Shown here piece by piece: positions 54,085-64,000 of a DNA stretch of 64,000 nucleotides. The stretch spans positions 56,561,578 through 56,625,577 of the forward strand of contig NC_068997.1 in the NCBI RefSeq assembly GCF_001194135.2, read 5' to 3'. The first letter of the stretch is position 1, and each line of letters opens with the position of its first letter. The position numbers and the translations under genes are program-made. Source of the stretch: Octopus bimaculoides (Eukaryota). The notes under the pieces were generated by a model. It did no database searches. It worked only from the letters and a program-made list of their open reading frames with translations, and had not been told where the DNA came from.

Positions 54085-55330
54085 CTGAATATTGTAATTC
54101 ATTGTTGACAGACATTGAGAAATGAAACATCGAGAAATGTATAAATTTTGACAATGGTTGAGAAATCAGTCTTAAAGTGTTGGCAGTGGATTTTGTGATT
54201 TTTTGTTTTTTCCAAGCTAAGCTTCTTACATTGAGTTCTGAGGTTTTAATGAGGTTGCTTAATTCTTGTGTTCAGCATTTTCAATGGTCCTTAGAATACT
54301 TTGACAAGGTTTATTAACAGGTTATGACGTGATTAGAGTTAAATTACTGAAGAGTATAACAGGTGAAATTTTCGGGCAAGCATAATTAGATAACACTCGA
54401 AGAATTTCAGGACAATTAATGTTAATGTTGAGGCATGAAAATCTGTTCAAACATAACATCCAAGCAGAGGAATGTAATAACTAACAGCGATTAGTGTTTG
54501 TACAACATTACAACACATCAAATGCCTCACTTGCCGTATATTCCCGCATTTCGGGAAGCGAGATGTGTTGATGCCATCACAAGTTTAGCCTCGTGTGGAT
54601 GATATCATAACATTATATCTGAATGGTTTAATAACGAAACAATGTCGGTTGCGATAGTTGTCAGTATTTCCACTGGTAACTAAAGTTTGCATTAATGGAT
54701 TGTTAATTACAATGCTAATGAGTGAAGAAGACGAAGCGGAGGAAAAAATTGACATAACTGAAACTATTAATGAGTTGGAAATAATGTTATTACGAGGTTT
54801 ATAATGAAGTCCAATAAGCTGATTATGTGGTTAACATCCGCCGCTAAAAGGATCATACTTCCTTCTTACACTTGTTGGAAATTTCCTAACATCTCACATG
54901 GGATAATTTCTGTGATAGCCTTGACTACATTCTTCATTAAGTGTAAGAGAAGCAACAATTACAAGAATAAATCGCTGCTTCGTGTCCTCAGTTGCAACGG
55001 TGTGGCATTTAAGTTGATATATGCATTATAAATGCTACTAGTTTTTGAATTAACTTTAAGTTTTCGACTTTTGATATTGCTGCTTTCAAGCCCAGCGTTA
55101 TATTTCTCAGTAGTCTGATGGTTATACTGTTCAACGTTATTCCAGAAATGAAACGGTCCATTATTAAATTTTGTAAACAGTTCAGATGCCCACGCTGCTG
55201 CGAGGCTTCAGTTTTTACCTGAGAGTTTCGAGGGTCAAGAAACTGATCCGCACACTCAACAGGAATTTGTCTGCGAGTTAACAGCCCATGTCTTGTGAAA
55301 CCTGCATTCATTGGTATATTGAATATATCA
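54085..55330 (-). mobile_element. Gypsy LTR retrotransposon gag-pol remnant
   Basis: LIMDRFISGITLNSITIRLLRNITLGLKAAISKVENLKLIQK (gag). Then a decayed zinc knuckle, INNPLMQTLVTSGNTDN (protease-like) and DFSTIVKIYTFLDVSFLN (DYSQTIN..T.LDAYPLP-like RT start), in the right order. Confidence 0.6.
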
Positions 55331-56516
55331 CATACACACACTCGTACGTACGTATGTATATATATGTATGTAAGTATGTATATGAGCGTATGTATATGTG
55401 TTTATGTATAGAATGATAGATAGTCAATTCATAGTTGATATAACTAGACGTAAAAATTCACTAGCAAAAAGATTGACAGATAGATGGACAGTTGGATAGA
55501 TAGAGAAAAATTGGTAGACCGATAGATAAATAGATAATTTCAGTAGAAAGCTTTTTGATGCAGTGAATCAAAGTAGTGTCCCTCTTTCATCTTTCCCTAA
55601 TGATAATATGGCAATCCTAAATTGTTTATAATTTCTGGAGATTAAATTTGAACGCTTTTGTGAGTTACAACTTGATTGCTATAAGCTGAGAACTATGTTG
55701 AAATATTGTGCGTGTGCGTACATATTACGTACACACATATTTATACTGATGTATCTTGGGAGGGTCATTATGCCAATAATAAATACAAGCACTTCTATTA
55801 CACTTTTTATTATTATTAGTCAATAAATTTACCATTTAACCAAGTGACTTATCACTAGCTGAGCGACTTATTTAACGAATGATTGATCAAACAATCGATT
55901 AGCTAATTGGTTAAGATATTACCTACTTGACTCGCCATAATAAAAGGAATGAAACAGAACCAGTGCGTGTAGTTATTATTGGCAAAATAACCCCTCTAGA
56001 TACAGCAGAATCTGAGTCAACATATGTTTTCACGTTAAGCATAAAAAAGCACGCACACATACACACACACACATGATTCAAAAACTTATGTGACTTTCAC
56101 AGAAAGCTCCTCCAACGAACTCGGCTAACAGACCACACTGTAATCCAATACCGATGAGTATAATGCAGAGTTCCGTATAGCTAAAATACAAGATATCCGA
56201 TGGATGAAATTGTTTCATGAGGAGTTTATAAACCTTAAAAAGTCGGGAGGTTTGAAAGATGGAAATATTTAATGAATTGAATCATAGGCGCAACCATAAT
56301 GTTCTGGAAATTTGAAAGCTTTCTTTATTTGCATTCATTTGTAAATATACAATTGTATTGTAAAATGTGTAGCATGCATATTTGCACAAACATGTCAGCA
56401 TAATTTATTATGCACTGAAAATATTATTGCATGTAGAAGGTTGCGAAACAGCCGTAATTCTAAGGACAACAAATGGCTGAACACATTTACCTCTCTTGAC
56501 ATTTTAGGTTTTATAT

Positions 56517-56519
56517 ATG

Positions 56520-56563
<44 letters not shown>

Positions 56564-56566
56564 TGT
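56517..56566. repeat. (GCGT)n tetranucleotide repeat
   Basis: Directly visible. A similar (GTGC)n/(GT)n tract lies at 51268-51347. Confidence 0.95.
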
Positions 56567-57126
56567 GTATTCGCTATTAGTAAGGGAAGTAAACTTTGTA
56601 ACGAATGTTAATTTGCACATTCAACCTAACTTGGATATGTTGTTTTAAACACTTTCAGCTGCAGTAATCGTCCTGAGACCTCATCTGCTGGAAACAATAA
56701 GTGCTAAAAAATACAAATTATATCAGCAACCGAATTTCGCCTGCTCCAGCGGGTGGTACAGTTGTGTCACGTGATTTCAGCGTAATTGTTGCCTCGTAGG
56801 CTTTCGCTGACGAGGCGAAGATCACGCCGATGGCGCTGAAATTTCGTCCACCGTTATAATCTGTGCTACTTAGCACTTGATGCGTGTAAAGATTGAGTTC
56901 TTAGGACGAATTATTACTGCAGCTAATGGCGTTTAAAGCAATACGTCCCAGTTAAGTGGATGAGCAAAAAAATATGCTCACGCGCGCACACAGACACGTA
57001 TGCATTTATACACATAAATATAGAATACGTATATATGTATGAAAAGGATGATCATGATGTTGATGATACGCACAAGTGAATTTCTGCAGCATATCAAGTT
57101 ATGTAATATCAAATGTTGCTTCACGG

Positions 57127-57155
57127 ATAGAGAGAGAGAGAGAGAGAGAGAAAGC

Positions 57156-57205
<50 letters not shown>

Positions 57206-57217
57206 AAGAAAGAGAGG

Positions 57218-57262
<45 letters not shown>
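57127..57262. repeat. (AG)n microsatellite
   Basis: Directly visible. It produces the ERERER/SLSLSL ORFs. Confidence 0.97.
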
Positions 57263-57263
<1 letters not shown>

Positions 57264-58627
57264 AAATTGTTGTTTAGTAATTTGGGGAGATGTTGATTTT
57301 GTTGCAAACTGAGTTGTGAGACTCTCCAGTTTCAATTAACCATGCCAAACACTGCGGAATATGAAACGTTTATTAGGAACGAATGCTTCTAATTATTTCA
57401 GGCTAGTAATTAAATAATAGTCTGACCTTATTATTTATTTATATAAACACATAATTCGTTTAGCTTCATCAACATTTACTGCAGCTCACTCGTACAATTC
57501 TACTAACAAAATTCACGTTTGACTTGCTTAATACCTGCTACTTCTGCGACTTCCATTTCCATCTTCTTCTAATACCATCAATAACTGAGTTTAGCTATTT
57601 TATGAAAATTTCTCAATTATCAGGACACTGAGAATTATTGAAGACCAAATTTATAGAAATAATAGACAATCAGTAAAACGGATAATGGTTCATACAGAAA
57701 CAATCACTGTTAACCTAGTTTGCGCATGGACCAAACTCGACACTTCACTTTTCACCTTCTCAATCAACAAAATATCAAATAGGTACCATGAGTAAGTTAT
57801 ATTTCTATCGATGGCGCACAAACCTGTTGTATCGTGTTCAATCTTTCCAGTGTTCAAATCCTTTCTTCAGAAGAATTTAGAATAAAAATGTATAGCAAAG
57901 GTTAGTTAAGAAAAAAGGTATGTAGTTAGGGCGTTCAGGACATGCACTTCTGTCTTTTCATTCCCACCCATCGGTGGGTAGGATATTGAGTTAACTAGAA
58001 CGTGTGTTAGATATCTTAAAGGTTTGGGCATTTTAATGTAAGAATCTTAAGGCCTATTCCAGCCTGTTATTAAGTAATTTGTATCTCGATGTAAAGATTT
58101 GGTACGTTTCTTCTATAGCTAACTCACATCTATCTCCCTCTTCCTATCTTTAAGGGACCAGATTAGTCTGCTTAAGCTCATGTTGTCTATTTTCGTTCTA
58201 TCCTTAAATGTCCAGTCAAAACACGTGTAGGTCGTCTAACAATAATATATGCTGTATGACATTTAGAATAAAAGGAAATAAATTTTGAGGTTGTACCAAT
58301 CTTCACATTATCTATCTATCTATCAATTTATTTGTCTATCTATATCAATATATATGTACCAACGCAGGAAGCTTGTTTGAATTAGTTCACTTTGAAAACG
58401 TAAGTGATGGACTCTTGATGAAATTGCATTGGATGCATAACTGCATACGGAGCAATGTGTAGTTGCTGCAATTGAAACATAAGTTGGTCATTGTTATATA
58501 TGCTGTAGAAAACTTTTTTGATATAAAGTTATGGATGTGAATAAATCTCCACTTCTCTTCGTTTTCAGTTGTGTGTGTGTGTATGTGTGTATATGTATAT
58601 ATATATATATATATATANNNNNNNNNN

Positions 58628-58671
<44 letters not shown>

Positions 58672-59532
58672 TCCCATCTTCATTTCTGTCAGTATGTATG
58701 CATGTTGAGTGAACATTATTTTTTTGTGTTGGTGTTTACCCCCATAACCATGGAAAGAGAAAGTGGAAATGCTAACTTCTCGACGTGTCTCGCGTCGAAT
58801 GATTGAACGAAAAGGAGAATTGTTTTGAGTTTTGCTTTTATTGAATGATTGAGTGTTTATTGGTCGACGATAGTAGATGAAATACAACACGGATAACCGC
58901 GAAACACTATGATGTCACCTGTTGTATGAAAATATAATTGAAACCACTATATACTGTAATAGAGAGACTAAAACAACTTATTAACATAATTCAAATTCCT
59001 CTCGATATTATTAAATTAGTGTAAATATTTTTAAAAAGTGAAAAAAAAAAAAATTAAGCGTCAAAAAAAGGTAATTAGAAAGACGTGTTTGCTAGGAAAA
59101 AAACTAGTAAAACAATATCTTCGTTCATGTGAGAGATATGCGAACATGCTCTGTATATTTGAGAGGACCAAGAAAATATAGTCTTGACTATATTTTTCTG
59201 AACAGTGGTGAAAGAGTCGCCAAGTGAATGTTCAGTATTGTCTATTTGTTGATATAGGTAAAGTGAATCGGTTTGAGAGACACCAGCTACATAAAAAAAG
59301 GATATGTTAGTGAAATTAGTGTTGATGTATCTAATGTAGGAATATAAAAAAATGCTAAGTAGAAATAAAAATACGTGATGAGAAAAATATTAAAGAAACA
59401 TTTTTCCAACATAAAAAATATAAAAATATATATATACACCAAGTCAGGTTTAGGTCGATGATGAAACAGCTTACTATGGAAGGTAGTATTGATTATCGTT
59501 ATGAAAAAACAAAAGATATATATATGTATATA

Positions 59533-59594
<62 letters not shown>

Positions 59595-60084
59595 TATGTA
59601 TGAGTGTGTCTGTGTCTCTAACAAATTTGCTACAGTGCTGCAAATATTCAACATCAATTACATTTAAGTAAGTTCTGCAATAATATTTGAATACCATGGC
59701 TGTTTTAACAGAGTGTTTCTCCCTCGCTTTAATGGCCGTTTTATTCTAAGAAGATAATTAACATTGTGTTCAATATTATACAATTTTTAGAATTCCCAGA
59801 TAATCAAATATGTCAGGTGTCCTGTGATAATAATCGGTAAGCCAGAATATTTTTTATTCTATAATCAAACTAGAAAGAATATTTTAACTGCATCAATACA
59901 CCACATTATCATATACACTAACACGCTACAGAACAGTCAGAATGTGAGGGAGATACAATTAAAGACTTCTAAATTGAAAAGTTAATGGGGTATACATGCA
60001 CACATACAAACATATATATAGACACACACGCGTACACACATATCTGTATGTATGTATATCTGGTATGTGTGTGTGTAAGACTTA

Positions 60085-60355
60085 AGTGCTGTATGGTTAA
60101 GCGAACGGCTAAGAAACTCTGTGACACCGAGTGACATATGGATATTTGTCAAAAACCTCGGGTAGACGTTACTTTCTGAATGAAATTAGGTAGACAGAGA
60201 CTATACGGAATCCCCTCGGTTGGATAGTATGCGTAACTCAAAGGTACGGCCTTGACATACATCGTGTCTTCCTTGTTCTGCCTAACAATTACTGAAGGGT
60301 TTGAGTATCTGTGGAATGATCACTGACATTTTAACTCAATGACCAGCATATTCGA
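60085..60355 (+). mobile_element. Old SINE with Nin/Deu-like domain
   Basis: GCTGTATGGTTAAG head. CAAAGGTACGGCCTTGACATACATCGTGTC and AAGGGTTTGAGTATCTGTGGAATGATCA resemble the reverse complement of 9421-9650. Confidence 0.45.
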
Positions 60356-60516
60356 AAACGAAGTAGATTACAGCGCTAATAAATAATTATCCAATAATTA
60401 TCTGACTGCATCCTATTTCTTAATATTTAATATCTATACCACAAGTGATACAATCTACACACGCTTACATAAGTGTGCATATTTGTGTGTATGTATGCTC
60501 GTATGTATGTGTGTAA

Positions 60517-60576
<60 letters not shown>

Positions 60577-62859
60577 CACACACACACACATATATATATA
60601 TATATCTATTCCATGAACCAGTCTGTAGGACACAGATATATTTATGTGATTAAGTGATTATTTTCAGAATCATGTGGATTGGGATTTGATCTCACCGCAG
60701 GGCATTTATACAAAATAATCTTAACATTGCTTTTGGTGGTATTTAGTTTTGCATATTTTATATTTTCTTCCAGTTTGCTCAAACTTTCACTTGTCCTTCG
60801 CTTTTTAAGTGTTTTTGATGATATATGCACCTAATAAACTCGCTCAATATGGCCCCAGTCTAATGACAAAACTTTTGCAGATTATAAAAACGTCGTTTAA
60901 AAAGGTATCGGTTCACTGGAAAAGAAAAATATATCCAAATTTAAACAGTTGTGAGAAAAAGAAGTCACCTCCCATGACTTCAAAATTAATTACTATGATA
61001 TAAGATTCCCTGAGCCACATTTTCTGCCAAAGACTCTCCACTTATTAAGTGTTGTTCAAAGATACTTGATATAAGATTAAAATTACTAGTATTAATAACT
61101 AGATCTACTTTCTTACATAATTAGAAAAAAAAAGAGATTGGATTTGTTAATTGATTTTTGAATAACTTCTCACTTTTGTCTACGAACCAATCAGATGTTT
61201 TCCCCCTGCGTTATCAGAATATGTTTGTGTGTGTTTGCGTTTGTCTACATCTCCCTGTTTTTCATTTCCTCTCTTATTCTTTTCCTCATATTTCTGTTAC
61301 TTGTCTTCCTTCTCTTCGTCTTCATTATACTCTAAATGTATGTACTTCATCTCTCTTGTCTCATTTTCAATCGATTCAGCTCTGTCATTTACGTAATTCT
61401 TTGATTTACATTTTCTTAATCTATTTCACACATTTCCTAACAAATACACCCTTTTCTCCTTAATGCTAAAGTCACTATCTGTATCAATTGTTATTGCAGA
61501 TCTTCAAACAACCTTTCTCTTACCATCTTTTCTTTCACTATATTCTCTCTGCTATTTCTCTTTATATCTCTTTTTTTCTTTCTTGTCTGTTTTTCTTTTT
61601 CTGTCCCTCTTCTCAATCTTTCTCTCTGTCTTCGTCCATATTTTCCCCCTTGTCTTACTCTTTTGTTAGACTGTGCCTTTTATTTCTAGTGTTATCTCTA
61701 ATTCCTTTTGTTAGTCATTAAATAGATTTAATGCTAAATTCTACATTTTAAAATCTCTGCAGTTATATGTAACATTTGTTTCCAAAATATATAACCGCTA
61801 CATAAGACTGTAATTCATTACAAATATGTCAGTCATAACGAACAGTGTTAACGAGAAACTGAGTAAAAACGGTGTAGAATCTCATACTTTTATAATTATA
61901 CATACATATTTAGATGCATATATAAACACAGGCACATTCATATGCACACATATATAGACATATATGTGTGTGTGTTTCTACATATGTATGTTTTATAAAT
62001 ACGTGCATGCAATATATGTGCGTGCACTAAATATATAAATACCTACATACACAGCACACAGCTCCACATAAACACACAATCATTTATTTGCTTTCATTGT
62101 TTTGTTGTTATATTTTTATTGTAGCCGAGGTAATTGGCTTTTTGTGCTGGCCATAAGCTAAGCATTTACTGCGATAGTCTCCATTTATCTGTTAATAGCA
62201 TAGATGTTGGTTGTGTATGGTGGAAAGATTCGAGTCAGATAACAAGCAAGAGAGGTGGGGAGTAACAAAAAAAAACAACGGAAATATACATACAAAATAT
62301 TTATAAAAAAATATGTTCAGAGAGATTAAATAATTTCATATATTACTAATAGATTTACTACAGACAAAACTAATAAATTCAAAGCTTACTTTGTGCGTGT
62401 ATGTGTGTGTATGTGTGTGTGTGTGTAATGTGTGTTTGCGGAGGTGTCTGGTGGTTGGTTTGGCCGTATTTTAAATTGGTCGTCTGGTGTCGGATTAGAG
62501 TTAACTCCCCATAATATCTCGTGATCTGTGACTAGAATGTGGAATATACTTAACTATCGAAATAAAGCGATGACTTTGATGCTACTGATACTGTGACCTT
62601 CACCCAACACCATCAGCAACAACGGAGACGTAGACTATCAATAAATATTTTAATTGCAGGCAAATACTAGACACAAGTTCACTGTAACTGGCAAGTCTTC
62701 AATGGAATCTCACAGAGATCGCTTTACAACACATCCACGCGTGCATACACACACACATACGAACACACAATGGCGATAGGAGAATTAACCAGGACTGCCT
62801 TATGCAAGAAATAAATATACTTAAGTTTAGCATCACTAGTAATAGATCACACGCTCTTA

Positions 62860-63460
62860 AGACAAATAATTAGGTCTGCTCAAAATGTCAAGGGAGAAAA
62901 CTCTGAAAGGAACTGACGTAAAAGCTGAAGGTGGGAATGGAGGTGACCCAGCAGCCATCTGAACTGTTTACATAACCTCTAAAATGCAATGCACCAAGAC
63001 ATTCCACAGATCGAATGCTCTTGCTCATTGGTTGATTGGATCAGACCTGGGGTTAAACAATAGCATTAAGAACAACGAATGGTATCCAGAAATAAAATGT
63101 GGAATATGGCTTGAGAGTGAGTTTGTATGTCATACCATCGAATACTGCATTACAGGGAGCGGACTGGACGTGGGCAATGTCTAGAATAATAATTCTCTTG
63201 GTTGTTTTTTTAACTATTTAATCTTGAGCGGCTTAGAAACCGCTTGCTAGTGAGAGTACAACCAGTCGAAAATTGTATGTTGGAGGCCTTTAGGCTTCAG
63301 AGATCACCAGGAGAGAATGCGTACCGTTTCGGAGCTTTCCTTTCGAGGGCTTTACAGTGCACCACTCATTGATGTGACGCTCCACATTCTGGATCGACAG
63401 ACAAGTGTTCCGGCTCAAGTCCAACTCTTCAGCTAGATATAATCCCTTTCCAGCCAAATC
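62860..63460 (-). mobile_element. CR1/Jockey-group LINE RT remnant
   Basis: AGCAAGAGCATTCGATCTGTGG reads as SK-AFD with a frameshift. An upstream KAP..(GPDG-like) motif sits at the expected distance. Many stops. Confidence 0.4.
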
Positions 63461-64000
63461 TCTTGCAAGATGACATTTGTTGGCCGATGGTTCACATCAC
63501 TTGTTATGTATCACCGATCAAGAATAATGTGACGATACACATCTACAACTACTACTACTACTACTACTACTACTGCTGGTGTTGCTGCTGCTGCTGTTAC
63601 TACTACTACGACGACGACGGCGACGATGACAACAACTCGGGCGGAGTTTCGGATCAAGACGCTCACAGACGTTGAATTCTTTTTACCCTTTGACGGCGAC
63701 TTTTCCGATTTTTTATTTCATCACCGCCTTTGAAATGATAAAGAGCATCTTTTCATGAAAAGATATCTTCATTTCTGTTTAATTTATTGTTTTTTTAATT
63801 TATGGATTTGTTTTCATTTTCCCCATCATCACCCTCCTCCAGATCGATTTTAGCCAATTATCTTGGCACTACGCCATTAAAAACCATGGGATGAGCCTTT
63901 TCGGTAGAGAAAAAAAATTGTAGTCATTTTCAGACGAAATGTTGTGTGATTTAAGAGATATATGGGTGTTGTTTTTAGGACATCCCACGACCACTCTGAC

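Noticed and set aside
57560-57760. Possible RTE APE endonuclease N-terminus (IRTLRII..., HTET, AW)
   Set aside because: Resemblance too fragmentary to support.

Overview
AT-rich eukaryotic scaffold, very rich in microsatellites, with 7 N-gaps. The interspersed repeats match tRNA-derived SINE families I recall from cephalopods, so the source is most likely Octopus (from recall, not a database search). I could not support any host protein-coding exon. Most ORFs in the track are microsatellite artefacts, and the rest are transposon relics. The window looks like a large intron or intergenic transposon graveyard. It holds a full-length but dead Hsmar1-like (cecropia) mariner, an hAT/Charlie MITE with TSDs, remnants of R4/Dong, RTE, Tx1, CR1/Jockey, Gypsy and several Penelope-like elements, many SINEs, and a ~200-bp near-perfect palindrome. 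The most interesting signal is an RNA one. A ~225-bp element occurs twice (10871-11094 and 53472-53695, minus strand) and joins a Pol III tRNA-like head to a Penelope-type minimal hammerhead ribozyme and a (TGTAAATAA)n tail. A structurally intact minimal hammerhead lies at 49328-49369 beside a GIY-YIG relic, and several decayed hammerhead-like motifs are scattered through the window.
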